Source: Octopus sinensis
Lineage: Eukaryota
Length of the DNA stretch: 64,000 nt
Direction: 5' to 3'
Assembly: GCF_006345805.1 (NCBI RefSeq)
Contig: NC_043013.1
Location: 49,972,001-50,036,000 of the forward strand
In this document: one piece after another, positions 25,541 to 39,321 of the stretch
How the letters are laid out: each line of letters starts with the position of its first letter
Numbering within the stretch: the stretch's first letter is position 1
Translations under genes and position numbers: made by a program
The notes under the pieces: generated by a model
Seen by the model: the letters and a program-made list of their open reading frames with translations, nothing else
Database searches by the model: none
What the model was told of the DNA's origin: nothing

Positions 25541-26886
25541 AGAATGAAATGAAAGCAGTAAATAAACCCGGTATTGAAGAACTTAAGAAAGTCATATGTG
25601 AAGTACTTGATGACAACAGAGGTAGAGTAAAACGTGATCAGTTTTGGAATAAGGTGGCTGAGAAGCAAAGACATTTTGTGAATCCCTCATCCTATGGTTT
25701 CAGTAACTTATATGAATTTCTGAAACATTTCTCTGATATTGTGGTAGAGGTGAGTGACAAGAATGAGTTATATATACAGAAGAAAACTTCGAGTGATTTC
25801 AATGAACCGTCTATTGACAGAAACTCATCTTACTTAGGCGAGAACATGTATCATTTTCCCTCACTTAATGAAACAATAAGAAGTAACCCATCAAAGCCAT
25901 CTCTAGCAGAAGTGAGACACAGATTTTGTGACGTTCTTCTGAACTTTCCTCAGGGCATGCCACTGCCGAAACTGCTGGATAACTATGACAGAATGTATCA
26001 AAAGCCAAAATTTAACTTGTTAGATTATAATGTCAGTAATTTTGAAGAACTTTTTAAGTTGCCTGAGTTTCGGTGTTTTAGTGTTTTAGTACAGAACAAT
26101 ATGATAATGATTTATTTGAAGGAACACAATACTCCCGGCCATAACATGTTTTATCCCTCCAATGTTAATCAAATGCCAGCTCCTAAATGGGGTGAGCCAG
26201 CATTTCCCGCCATGCAACAACAGCCACATGTCACTGATAGCTTCCACCTCGCACCTTTCTCAAAACTACCCCCACCAAAAACGAATGAAAAAGAAATTTT
26301 AGTACCGCCTTTAAATATTGCCCCTGGAGAGACTCTGACTAAAGAACGTCTTGACAAAATTGCCAAAGAATGTATTGAAATACTTTCTGAAAATAATGAA
26401 TGTGTGTCTATTCAAGCCATTGAAAATCTTTTCCTTCAACGCCTTAGAAGAAAAAACTTACGAGAACTTGGTATTCGTACTTTAGATCATTTGCCGTCAG
26501 TTCATGATCATAATCGTTTGGTCTGTAAAGTTAATGCTTATATTCAAGCCTTTGTGACAGTTCGGTCTGTCTGTACACTGAAAGAACTGGAAGACTGCAT
26601 TGCACTTTATGTTAATGAAAGCAATTCTTTTCAAAGCCTGAAACTTGGACCTTTACATAAGATGCAAATTGTTTTTGATTTATTTAAATTTCCTCCTGGT
26701 GAAGACAGTTTCCCAGAACTCTCTACAATGGATGTTTTAGATAATATAAGAAATTTTCTTAATGAGAATAATTGGTACAAAAAACATGAAATGCAGGAAG
26801 TTATGACTTTTTTGACGAAGGCTTTTCACTGCAGTGATCCATTTCACCTTGGAATTCGCTTGCGGAGCCTTCCACTTGCTATTGGG
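25541..26886 (+). CDS. Exon B: LOTUS-like domains 2 and 3, Pro-rich linker, start of NOV N-terminal helical region
   Basis: Acceptor ctttccag, donor GGG|GTAAGG; 453-aa ORF; G+AG joins exon A in frame. Confidence 0.9.
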
Positions 26887-28574
26887 GTAAGGATACATTT
26901 CTTTATTTAAATTTTGGAATCGTTTATCCTTTTCTTATTTCAAGAAATTAATGACTCTCAGATAGTTTCATATCAATTGATGACACAATTATGTGACAAT
27001 ACTGATTTTGCTTTATTTCTTTTATTTTTGATTATTTTCTTTTTATCTCCATTATGTTTTCTTTCAGTTTTCATATAATAGCTTGGGCAAGGGTTTTATT
27101 TTTTAAAATTTGGGTATTTATGTCATTGAAAAATTGTTTTCACAACTAATTGCTCTCTTAGCCCTCTTAACACTGCTTTTCTTTTAATTAATTTTGAAAC
27201 TAATGAAGAATTTAGTAAATAATTATGTTTTTTATTAAGCTGACATTTGGAACAGCAATTAACATGAAATTTTATTCAAAGGTTTAAATTTGGAACTTTT
27301 TTAGATTATGAACCCAGTGTGTGTTTCAGGCAGGTTGGTATCAAAAGGATTAGAACTGACTTCTCAACTGTCAGGTGAAGATTGTTAAGGTTAAGTTTTA
27401 TTGAAAAAAGGCATAACTTCCATTTAATACTCCACCAAATTATTTGCCTCATAACTTCCAGAAAAATAAATACTTTTTAATGAAACTTTCACCAAATTGC
27501 TTATATCCTGTTGATTGAGTGTATGTAAAGATTTATTGGAAAAAATTTTTCTGAGGGGTGAGGGAGAAGGGTTTCTGGAAAATGAAGTTTTAGATCAGAC
27601 AGCCCACATAAGTTGAAATTTCTCCATTTTGACAGGGATTTTTTCCAGTGTTTTTCATCAAAGTCTTCAGAATGATGGGAGACATCTTTTCACAAAAAAA
27701 AAATTTAAAAAATTTGAAAATTTAAATAGATGCTTGGTTCATTTTATTTGTGTCATGCAAAGTAAAAGTGATACATACAAGAATAAGAATAAAAGAAATT
27801 GGATAAAAGAAACAACCAAAAATAACTGATAAAAACCTACAGATGTTTCAATCTGACATATATATATAATTTAGAGACAAACCACTATTTAGTTATTCCA
27901 TCAATAGTGAAGTTATTATCTATAATAACAACATAGAAATTAATTATATATCTTATAATTATTATTCTAAAAATCTCATAACAAATCAAACATTAAATTG
28001 ACTATGCGAGTTTCATGACTAAATATATAAATCAATAATATTAAAATTTAATAGTAATTCAATAAAAAAATATTTAGCCACTCTTCAGGTCAAAAAAATA
28101 ACATAAATAAATTTAGATATTATAATACAATAATAAATATATAAATATATGTATATTGACAGTAAATAATTCAATAAAGTATAACAATATTAATGTAAAG
28201 CAAAAACATGACTTATCTTATTGATGAAAACCAGTTAAAAAAAATTTTAAACTTTAAACTTACAATCTAGCATTGTAAAAAGCCTATCTTGTTAAACATG
28301 ACGTAAACAATAGATATACAATAAATAAATAGATGTATGTATTTAATGATAAAATAAAAAATAATCAAATAAACATGATGTAATATACCATTTACAGGGA
28401 AAAATTCTAAATTCGCAATAATTTAAAACTACAACATTATATGTAAAAATATAAAATTAATTAAATGTCCATAAATTAATATATATTCTTCAATTACTTT
28501 TATTAATCCCTTGGTTTAAAACTTGTTCTAGTTATGGTCACACACTACATAACATACAACTAATTTATACTCAT

Positions 28575-28790
28575 TATAAAAAGGAGCACTCCATCGGTTA
28601 CGACGAGAATCCCAGCTGAAACGATCAACAGAACAGCCTGTTCGTTAAATGAATGTGCAAGTGACTGAGCAATCCACAGACACGTGTACCTTTAACGTAG
28701 TTCTCAGGGAGATTCAGTGTGACAAGTCCAGCCCTTTGAAATACAGGTACAATTCATTTTTGCCAGCTGAGTAAACTGGAGCAACGTGCA
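28575..28790. mobile_element. Short interspersed repeat fragment (SINE-like)
   Basis: GC-richer block ending tcatttttgccagctgagtaaactggagcaacgtg; family not assigned. Confidence 0.35.
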
Positions 28791-29754
28791 ATATTTTTCT
28801 TACAGTTGTCTCACAAGGAATATAGCTTCAGTGATGCCTTTTCTTGAAACAAAACTGAATTGCATCTCATCTACACTAATTAGGTTTTCAGTAACTTTTT
28901 CTGTAACTTTCATAACTTTGCCCAACAGTTCCGATGTCTTTGTAGTTACCTCTCTCTTGTACATTTCTCCTTGTACTTGTAGCAGTTTGCAGTGCTAGCT
29001 GCTTAGTATGATACTTTGTATTACTTGATTTACAATTTGAGTGACTATTCTCCATCCTTTTGTGCCAGATATTTTAAGAGTCTTGGCAACTATCATTGTT
29101 AAGATAGTCTTTCCCAACTGCTGCTCCCCTTTCTTTCACATCCCTTACCAGTCTATCATATTGCTGTCAACTTGGATGGCTGGTCTCTCCACATACTAAT
29201 ATCTCTTTGGCAAACCTTTTGATTATATTTTCTTTATCAAGCCCTTGGACTCATAAGCCAGTTATGCAGTTTTCATGGCATATAAATGACTGAGATCCCA
29301 ACATTCCTCCTCCCCTATTTTGGGAGGAGGAAGAGGAAGCAAATTGATTACATCAACCCCAGCACTTGACTGCTACTTTATTTCATTGACCCCAAAACAA
29401 TGAAAGGCACAGTTGACTTTTGGTGGAATTTGACCTGAGAGCATAAAGAGCTGGAAGAAATACTGCTGGGCATTTTGTCCAATGTGCTAATAATTCTGCC
29501 AGCTTGCTGCCTTATTTGTTAACATTACGGAGCATTAAATCAAGTTTTCTAGACAATGGCTTTAACCATTACTCTTTGAAAAAGAATTTTACACCTCTTT
29601 TCTCATTTTACTTTTGTGAAATGAAAATCGGCTCTGAGCTTAAAATATTCACAGGTAGAAATGTTTTACTGCCAACATTTGAACCTTGACTTTGTTTGTG
29701 TAAATTTGTATTTGAAACTGCTAGGTATGAACACGAAAGGTACCAATCTGTCTA

Positions 29755-30554
29755 CAAGGTGGTATCAAAAGGTTCCTGGACTAGTTATGTTTAATAAAAA
29801 ATAACTTAGTTTCCTAAGTTTTAATACCTCCTTCAAAATAGTCACCTTGCGCAGCAATATACTGATCTCAGCATTACTGCCACTTTTGGAATCTGGCCTG
29901 CAGGTGCTAAATCTGGCAAATAGGGTGGGTGTAGAAGTGATACCATATTGTTTTTGGCAAGAAACTCACGAGTGAGGAGAGCTTGGTGACAGGGTGCATT
30001 GTCATCATGAAGAATCCAGTTCTTTGTGCTCTACAGATTCGGTCATTTTCCCCAAACGTCCTCCATCAAACACTTCAAAACATTGCAGTAGGGCTCTTGA
30101 TGGACAATCTGGCCCTGGGGTGGGGTGGGGGCATCAATTCTTGATGCACAATACCATGTTTCTGGGGGTGACACACATGGCAGGTCTTCCAGATCATTCA
30201 TTGTCTTCCAGGGGCGTTCTTCTGCTTTCGAAATGCCTGTGTCACTCAAAAATATTGCGCATGGCCCATTGCTTTGTCACTGTAAGCTTGCTCAATGTCT
30301 CTGTGGCAGACTTCCTGAGTTCAATGCAAAGTTTCATGTTGGCTCTTGGTTCCTGTCCATGACAAGAATCACAGACTACAGCATACACATGATCAGGAAA
30401 TCAAAAATTTCTTAACCTGTGAAGTAAACGCAGGGATGTCACTTGGCACACTGCCTCACGAAGGTCACTGCTCACTCTCACTGTGCACGCAACTGTGTGC
30501 TGCCATCTGTTGGTGCACTACAGAACTAGCCCGGGGACATTTGATACAACTTTG
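29755..30554 (-). mobile_element. Internally deleted mariner (Tc1/mariner) element
   Basis: Imperfect TIRs caaggtggtatcaaaaggttcctggactagt / actagcccggggacatttgatacaactttg, TA on both sides; remnants ANMKLCIELRKSATETL, SGRP and HPPYLPDLAPA. Confidence 0.8.
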
Positions 30555-30780
30555 TATATCATGTGGTAGATATTGATACTAAAGTTCTCAATATCTAAAT
30601 ACATACATGCTCCAGCGAATTAGTGCCCTTATAATTACAGAGAAACTGCTCACTAAATTCAATGTACTAATATTACAGTGTCCCTTTTTTTATACACTTG
30701 CTAAGCATGAGTTGATCTTCAACAGAATGTTAACTTGTTTTTTTTTTTCAAATGCACTTGTACAATACCCTTTATTGTAG

Positions 30781-31234
30781 GTCATAAAACGTGCTCAGAA
30801 AGATGATTCAACCCTTACCAGAAAGGTCTTTGACGATATGAAAATGAAATTAACTGAAGAAATACAAAATGCTTTCAATAAATTCCGTGGCTACATTCTC
30901 GTAACGAAACAAAAGGATACACATTTGAAGGAGCACTATGCTAAAATGTCTGCTGATGCTGCACTGAAGGAGATCTTTGAACGGCTGTGTTTGTTGCTTC
31001 AAATTGATGAACCTAAAACTATAGCAGAACAGAAGCAAAAAAGAAGATTCATAGAGATTTCTAATAGTTTCTTTCAACAAATAAGTAATCATGATTTAGC
31101 TAGGACTGTCTTTCATGTTGCTATTTGTGTCAGTAGTACCGAACTACAAGCAACCGCTCTGGAATTCCTGGACCGAAGTCCTCAGCCTGCACCCAATGAC
31201 ACTAATAGAAATGAACGTCCTCCTCCTTCAAAAG
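30781..31234 (+). CDS. Exon C (VIKRAQKD...PPPSK)
   Basis: Acceptor tttattgtag, donor AAAG|GTAAGT; phase 0 in, phase 1 out. Confidence 0.88.
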
Positions 31235-31409
31235 GTAAGTGGTCCCCTCTTATATGGCTCACAGTTTCATTCCTTGTTTTTAGTTTTGGAGTGACTGGCA
31301 CCTCACACTGCCTGGTTTATCACCACTACCTGGCCCTTGGTTTCTTCAGCAGACTTCATTCTGTTGCAAGGCTTCTGGTTGGTGATTCCATCATCTATCA
31401 ATACACCTG

Positions 31410-31622
31410 TTTCTTTACTACCTACAAGGGGACAAACAAGGACAGACACACGGATTAAGTCAATTACATCGACCCCAGTGCGTAGCTGGTACTTATTTAA
31501 TCGACCCTAAAAGGATGAAAGGCAAAGTCGACCTCGACGGAATTTGAACTCAGAGCGTAACGACAGATGAAATACCGCTAAGCATTTCACCCGGCGCGCT
31601 AACGTTTCTGCCAGTTCGCCGA
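31410..31622 (-). mobile_element. tRNA-derived SINE family 2
   Basis: Reverse complement of the 47694 copy. Confidence 0.85.
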
Positions 31623-31699
31623 AGTATATAGATGATTAAGGGCTGTGAATACCTAACGAAAATGGGTTGCATTATTAAAATTTACTTTTTATTGTTTTA

Positions 31700-33660
31700 G
31701 TGGGGGTCTTGTTGAAGGGGCATGTGCCCTTGGCATTTGCAGGCCTTCTGAGATCAGTTAAACCATTGCTAATTAACATCTATAGGGAAGATATGAGCAG
31801 GAAGGTGATTCTCAAATGCCAATGTTCTGGGGATGAAGGACTACAAGTCGTGGTTAGTTCAAGGCCTGGAGAGATGAGCATAACAGGGGTAATGAGAAAA
31901 GGTGTTGATTGACTTGGGAATGCCTGAGTGGAAGTACAAAACTAGATAACTCCTGGGAGTAGTACTTATAGAAAAAGCAGAGGGTGGAGATAGCATGCTC
32001 ATGGGACATAGAGTGGGGCATGTCTGTGAGTGATTTTATGCCAATCAATCACATGGTCTTCCAATGAATACACTTGAAGAGGTCTATGTGGGTAGCAGCA
32101 GCAGCATCCCAGATGTTGGAGAAATACTCTGTTGCAAACTTTATTTAAACTTTGTAATGTCAATTATTGATGCGGGATGAAATATTTTCTCACCCTGAAA
32201 AGAAAGGCCAATCTTTGAGATGCATTCTTAGTTAAAGATATGCTTTCACCAGCAAAGATCTTTGGTAATAATAAGATCCAGCATTTGGAGTGACTATGAG
32301 AGCTCTAGTTAAGTGCTGTTTATGTTTAGTGAAGGTGTGGTATGACAGTGTTTCCTTGATGTAAGTAGTACTTGTTTTTTGGGGTGGGGGGGGCTGCTTT
32401 TTTTTTTTTTTTTTTGCTGTTGAAAGAAATAACATTGTTTTTCCACTCCTGAAGGATGCTTTTCAAGGTCTTCTTTCATAGAATTAGTGCAAATATGAAG
32501 TGTAGCATTTAGGTTCTTATGAATAATGCATGGCTGGGGAAGAATAGAGAGGAGTGAAAGGTAGTGTCGTCTGAATAAATGTTATTGGAGGTGATAGCAA
32601 GTAGGTCATTGATATACAGAAGGAAGAGAATGAGGACAAAATCAAACCCCGAGGCACACTAGAGTTGACTCAGATCAGGAGAGAAAGAGCATTGTTAATG
32701 AACTCCATGGCAGTCGTCTAATCTGATAGAAAAGTACTAATGTAAGAGATGTGAGATGGAGGGAGTTCGTAATAGGGAAGTTTTGATAGATTTGCATGCC
32801 AAACATGGTCAAAGGCTTTGTTGATGTCTAGAGCAACAACAATGCTTTCATTGACCTACACTAAAGCAAGAGCCTGCAGGTGGGTGACTTAAGAGAACAA
32901 ATTACCAGTGAATCTGGTTTTACAGAGGCCATATTGTTGGGCACTGAGAAGAGAAAGAAAGTCAAGATGTTGGGGAATATCATTGTTAATAAATTTCCAT
33001 TTGATAAAGACTGCCACTGTTCAAAGCTGAGCAAAACTGTGCAAGCCTGGTCAAGATTCTTTAGAAAGATGACAGCTACACACACATGCAAATCTCACTT
33101 TTCCATGACAACAATGTTTATCCAAGGGAAACATGCAGCTGCCATCTTTTTCAATTTTAGCCCCCTGTGGGCAGTAAAGAAACATATTTTTAGCACCATC
33201 CGTTTCGTGGCCGTTTGCCAGCTCTGTCTGGCCCCCGTGTTGGTGGCACGTAAAAGCACCATCCGTTTGTGTCCGTTGCCAGCCTCGCCTGGCCCCCGTG
33301 CCGGTGACACGTAAAAGCACCATCCGTTCGTGGTCGTTTACCAGCTCTGTCTGGCACCTGTGCGGGTGGCACGTAAAAAGCACCCACTACACTCACGGAG
33401 TGGTTGGCGTTAGGAAGGGCATCCAGCCGTAGAAACACTGCCAGATCTGACTGGGCCTGATGAAGCCTTCCAGCTTCACAGACCCCAGTTGAACTGTCCA
33501 ACCCATGCTAGCATGGAGAACGGACGCTAAATGATGATGATGATTCTCTTCTAAAATTGGGAATGTAGTAGGCTGAGAATAGGTATCAAGCATTTTGGAT
33601 GACCAGGTGGGAGATTGTTTCTATCTTGTCTCTGGTACTGTATCCTTTCTGACTGAATTT
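31700..33660 (-). mobile_element. Degenerate jockey/CR1-group LINE (RT)
   Basis: Minus strand near 32550-32860: ESIVVALDINKAFDHVWH ... LFLLYINDLL ... YSDDTT; interrupted by an RTE tail at 33185-33543. Confidence 0.75.
33185..33543 (+). mobile_element. RTE 3'-tail copy
   Basis: Ends ggacgctaaatgatgatgatg. Confidence 0.85.
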
Positions 33661-33765
33661 CTTCTTGCAAATCAGGGTGACAAAAGTATTGTGTGCCTAA
33701 GAAGTCTTTTAAGTTTATTTACTAATAAACATCACTGTTGGATAAACACTCCCTGATGCTTCAGT

Positions 33766-34080
33766 TTTATTGGTTGTGTGGTAAGTAGCTTGCTTACAAA
33801 CCACATGATTCCCGGTTCAGTCCCACTGCGTGGCACCTTGGGCAAGTGTCTTCTACTATAGCCTCGGGCCGACCAAAGCCTTGTGAGTGGATTTGGTAGA
33901 CGGAAACTGAAAGAAGCCCGTCGTATATATGTATATATATGTATGTGTATGTGTATATGTTTGTGTGTCTGTGTTTGTCCCCGACCATCGCTTGACAACC
34001 GATGGTGGTGTGCTTACGTCCCCGTAACTTAGTGGTTTGGTAAAAGAGACCGATAGAATAAGTATTAGGCTTACAAAGAA
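33766..34080 (+). mobile_element. tRNA-derived SINE family 1
   Basis: gtgtggtaagtagcttgc...ggttcagtccc head. Confidence 0.85.
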
Positions 34081-34575
34081 TAATAATAATAATAACTTAT
34101 TGTTTATGTTTATAATCATAATGCAATAAAATTTGATTTAAATAAATGAATAAATAGCAAATCTATAGTAATATGGGAAGAGAAAATATTGAAATACAAA
34201 CTATATCCATTCATCCCTTAAGAAAATTTATTGGAAGCCTTTAAAGTAAAAAACAATAATAATAAACTATTAGATAGGAAAGAATTTTTTTAAATTTTAA
34301 ATTTCAGACATACTGCATTCCGTTAAGTAAACCACAAGTAAATATGCTATGAAGCATACTTAAGTGGGTAAGGGTAATATTAAGAAAATAAACATTATGT
34401 AAGAGAAATACTTATATATAAATAAATAAATTGAAGATAAAATAAAATACAATGAATTACATAAAGAGCCTTCATGCATAGCTGGGATGTAGGCAAAAAT
34501 ATATGTAAAGAGACAGCTAAGCCTGAACAAATTTAAATGGGGCTTATCTTAAAATGCAGTCAGAGGTAATGATAA

Positions 34576-36840
34576 CACTGGTCAACAAAATGAAACTTTT
34601 TAATCATCAGAGTTGCTAATTGACTTATCTGGGTTAATTTTTGATGCTGATTACGAAGCTGAAGTCCGATTTCCTCTATCAGGTCACATTTTCATGTTAA
34701 TGATACCTGCTGTTTTAACTTATAGGATACGTAAAGTATGTCCATATAAGGTATATTGAATACAAGATACGATAATTTCATGGCTTTTTATTGCACGAAA
34801 TTAAAATTATTGTGTACAAATAAGCTAGAATACACTCAAATGCATAACAACTTAAAATCTTTGGGATTTGAACTTTCTCTGGTGTTTTGTCTCAGGTTCA
34901 TCCCTGTATAACATCCAAAAGTAGTCAGCTAATATTCCTGCATCCCGAAATGCTTGATATCATTGTTCCATCGATTCAATATCTTGATGAAATCATTCCC
35001 CTTGCTCATCAGACACTGCTCCAAGGTTCTCTGCGAAAAAGTCCAGATGTGAATCAAGGAAATGGACTTTTAGTGGCATCCGACAGCCCATTGCAGCGTA
35101 GGAGTCTAGAAGACATTTCACTCCATTTCTAAACTCTAGAGATCTCTTGTTGCCTAGGAAATTTTCACAGAGCCATTTGAAGGATTCCCAGGCTTTAAGC
35201 TCAATCTCATCCAGTGCTGTGAGGAAGTGGTTGTCCTTCAGGAGTTCTTTTATCTGCGGACCTATGAATATGCCCTCCTTCAGTTTTGCCTCAGTGATTT
35301 TTGGAAATTTAGCCTTCAAATATTCAAAATTTTTGGAGCTTTTCCTGGCAAGTGTCTTCATGAATTGTTTCATGAGGCCAAGCTTTATGTGAAGAGGAGG
35401 AAGAAGGACATTTTCTGGATTTAATAGTGGCTTACTCTGGACGCTAGAAACTCCTGGCTCGTATGATTTTCGTAAAGGCCATTCTGATTGAACATAGTGC
35501 TTGTTAGTTGCATGACTGTCCCATAGGCATAAAAAGCAACAATATTTCCTGAACCCAGATTGCATTCCCGTCAACATTCCAATCACCTTCAAGTCTCTGC
35601 ATACTTTCCAGCTGTAGTTTGTATACTTTATGGCTTTGAGGAGTAATTGTATGTTTTCATAACACTCCTTCATGTGCACTGAATGTCCTATGGGAATGGA
35701 TGGTTTCTTATTGCTGTTGTGTAGTAGTACTGCCTTGAGGCTTCTCTTAGATGAATCAATGAATAAGCGCCATTCAGCTGGAACATGCTCTTGGAACAAA
35801 CAGCGAAATAACTCATCAGTGCTGTTACTAAAACAAAGTGGTCCATCAACAGAGAAGCATGAAGTCAGATCCCTATTCCTCTTCCTGAAATGAGTAATAC
35901 AAACATTTTTCTTAAGCAGACACTTTTCTTGTAGGCAAAATGCTAATAGTTCAGCTTTATCCTTCGACGATGACAAGTCTCTAACTAAATCATTTAACTC
36001 TCCTTGAGAAAATTTCTGTGGTACATCTTCATTTTCAGTCGTGAAATCTGCATCCACTTCGGTCTCTTCCACAGCAGTAGTATTTTCTTCAGAAAATACA
36101 TCTTCATCAGACATCTGAAGGCCATTTTCTGGTGGTATTGGAATAGGAAGATCATCATTGTTGTGTGGTACTGGTCTTCTTGCTGATTCCAAGTTGGGAT
36201 ACACAATCTTGGTCTTTACGTTAAACCCACATACATTGACGTTACAGAAATAACAATCCATGAAATGATCCTTTGGCTCTCTCCATATATAAGGTATTGC
36301 AAACGGCATTGCTCTCTTCCTCTTATTTAGCCAATCCTTTAGTCCATTTGAACAAGCTGAGCAGATGATGTACGGGGCCCAACCCTTATCTTGATCCCCG
36401 AGAGAGCAGCCAAAGTATAACTGGTAGATCTTCTTGATTTCACTTGTGATGGCATGTTGCTGGGCTTTGGTGGTAAATGAACCACAGACATGACAAAATA
36501 TATCCGGACTGTTCTTGCAATGCCTTGACATCCTGAGTAGAATTTGATGATGATGGCGACTTGGCACCTTAAACTGAAAGGGAAATTTATGAAAAGAAAA
36601 GATTATGAAAACATTAAATTACAAAATGAATACAAATAGTTATAAAACAAAAGTCAGAATTTACCTGTATAAGACGTTTACCTGTAGCAATACTGCTGAT
36701 GAGAGTTATATACCTCTCTTATCTCATCAGAAAAACTGTGCCTGATAGAAGGAAACCGATTACATTTTTGAAATCTGCAGACAAAACTACATATAAGACA
36801 CCATATAATATCCCTGATGAAAATTGGCTGTTGACCAGTG
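34576..36840 (-). mobile_element. Full-length Chapaev3-like (CMC superfamily) DNA transposon
   Basis: 12-bp perfect TIR CACTGGTCAACA at both ends, 3-bp TAA duplication (34573-75 and 36841-43), internal transposase ORF. Element structure is direct; family name is from recalled motifs. Confidence 0.8.
34993..36567 (-). pseudogene. Transposase ORF with premature TGA stops in the C-terminus
   Basis: CKNSPDIFCHVCG, LGDQDK.WAP, WREPKDH..DCYFC, WRLFIDSSKRSLKAVLLHN, LPPLHIKLG, AVSDEQGE*FHQDIESMEQ*YQ...LADYFW. Confidence 0.88.
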
Positions 36841-37974
36841 TAATTTATTTATGTATTTAAGCAGTGGATCAGGTATCACCTCAATATGCTGTTAACTTGG
36901 CACATTTCAGTACTAACTAGCACTATAGTGCTAGTGCATGCATATACAGCTGCGTGCATGCGCACATACACACGAATACTGTCCAAACCTCCAACCAATC
37001 ACACACAGCTAGCTGGCATTCAATTGGCGTATCAAGTTTCGGGCATTTTGATTGGGTTTTGGATAGAAAATTCACAAAAAAGTCACTTCTATTGATTTTT
37101 TAATGGCTTTACGGGGTGACTGGGGAAATGTAAAGATGTGCACGACCACCCTTGGACGGATTTGAATGACCATAGTAAGTGCGAGCCCTCTAACTGAAAA
37201 ATTGTGGGTTTGTATAAAGGACACACATGCAGACATTTTGCCGTTTATATATAGAGAGATTAATACGAAATAATAAGACTAATGGAAAAATAAGCTTAAT
37301 TAATACATCAGAAATAAAATACGTCATTCCTGTATATAAAAATAATCTCAGGTAATATAATCCTCGTGTTAATGAGTTAAGGGGAGGTAATATGAGATTT
37401 ACCAAAAGTTCTTAATTTCCATAAATAATTATATGACATAACATTCATTTAATTTGCTAGATCAACTTACCTGCAAAATGTAATTTTATACGTAGATTAT
37501 AAAGTATGAAAGAATAAGTTTAGTAAATTAAATCAAATAAACTAATTGGAGTATATTATAAGACATAACTAGGTAGTCTTCTACTATAGCCTTCGGCTGA
37601 CCATGTGTGTTTTTGTGTCTGTGTTTGTTCTACCCGAACATCGCTTAGAAACCGATGTTGGTGTGTTTACGTCCCTGTCACTTAGTGATTTGGCAGAAGA
37701 TATCAATAGAATAAGCACCAGGCTTACAAAGAATAAGTCTAAGGGTCGATTTCTTCAATTAAAAGGCGGTACTCCGGCATGGCCACACTCAAATGTCATA
37801 TATATAAACATACATACATGTATGTGTATAGAGTGTTAGGTGTGATGTACAGTAATTTAATATTGAGAAAAAGGAAACAGAAAAATGCATGTATATATAA
37901 ATATATAATAATCTCATGCATAAATCCTTTTCTGTCTGTCTGTGTTAACCCAACAGAGGGGCCAGCTATCTGAG

Positions 37975-38410
37975 TTGACAGTACCTTGGTAGATAAAGCA
38001 ATTAAGAGTATGAAAACAGGGAAAGCCTCCAGCCCATCAGGAATTACTGCAGAGATGCTCAAAATATCTGGCAGTGTCGGTTATAGCCTAGTCACCTGTA
38101 TAGTTAACCAGGTGATACATGGAGTCATACCCAATGACTGGTGTAGCAGCACCATAGTCAACTGCTACAAAGGTAAAGGTGATGCTTTAGATACAAATAA
38201 TTACAGAGGTATCAAGTTGTTGGATCAGGTGATGAAGGTCACGGAGAGGGTCATAGCCCAACTAATTAGGGAGAGAGTGAGTTTAGATGAGATGCAGTTT
38301 GGGTTTGTGCCTGGGAAAAGCACCACTGATGCTATATTTCTGCTAAGACAGCTGCAAGAGAAATACCTAGCCAAAGATAAGCCCTCGTACCTGGCTTTCG
38401 TTGACTATAT
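37975..38410 (+). mobile_element. RTE RT fragment
   Basis: KGKGDALDTNNYRGIKLL...QFGFVPGKSTTDAIF..RQLQEKY...LAFVD. Confidence 0.88.
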
Positions 38411-38707
38411 GGAACCATTCTATCAGTGACTTTGGAATATAACACTATCTGTCAGAGCAACAAACGTTGTCAAAAGACATCAATACAACAAAATTAATCG
38501 CTTAGTGTTTAGTTCAACTCCTCTGTGAGTGTAGTTTGAAAAGAATTGGGTTTCCTCAATTACTTTCCCAATTTACAGTTTATATGAAACTGAAATTAAA
38601 GGTTGTATCAGTCTAAAGTGAAATGAAAATTTAATGATTGAATCAAATTATTTTATGAACATTTGAAAAGAAAACAGCTAAATATTGTACCTTTAATTGT
38701 CTTTCAG

Positions 38708-38889
38708 AACAAGTCCTTCAGTCTTTGAAAAAGTATCTGGAAAAATACATATCTTCTGGGACTTTAAACTTGAATCACTTCAACAAAATCGAAGAACGGT
38801 TATTGGAAGATTTTGGTATGACAACCTTTTCCCAAATGGGTTATGGACGATTCCTCTCATTCCTCCAGAATAATACATCAATAAAAAAA
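38708..38889 (+). CDS. Exon D (EQVLQSL...FGMTTFSQMGYGRFLSFL...IKK)
   Basis: Acceptor ctttcag, donor AAA|GTAAGT; phase 1 in, 0 out. Confidence 0.88.
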
Positions 38890-38999
38890 GTAAGTAATTT
38901 CTCTAGTAATGGTAGTGATAATAGCAGCGACAGCTTCGACAGTTAAAGTTTGTTGTTGATATACATTTTCTTTGATCCTCTTAACGAGACATTTAATAT

Positions 39000-39069
39000 A
39001 TCCATATCAGTATGTCCATATCAGTATATCCATATCAGTATATCCATATGCACCTGAGCACTGTACACA

Positions 39070-39116
<47 letters not shown>

Positions 39117-39182
39117 CATTATATGATCTGTTTCTAATAATACGATTTTTATGAGTTCATGAATGTTGATATTTTGTCCAAC

Positions 39183-39240
<58 letters not shown>
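39000..39240. repeat. 14-bp tandem (TCCATATCAGTATA) x3, (TTA)n and (AT)n
   Basis: Direct inspection. Confidence 0.9.
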
Positions 39241-39241
<1 letters not shown>

Positions 39242-39321
39242 TCGCCATGTTGATTGGCTAGCTTCTGCACGCATTTTTTTTTTTTCTCTCCTTGTTTCTT
39301 TCTGTGTCTCTTTTCTGTGTA

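Noticed and set aside
32880-33314. 144-aa + strand ORF as a possible extra exon
   Set aside because: It is the antisense of a LINE RT plus an RTE tail, and exons C and D already join in phase.
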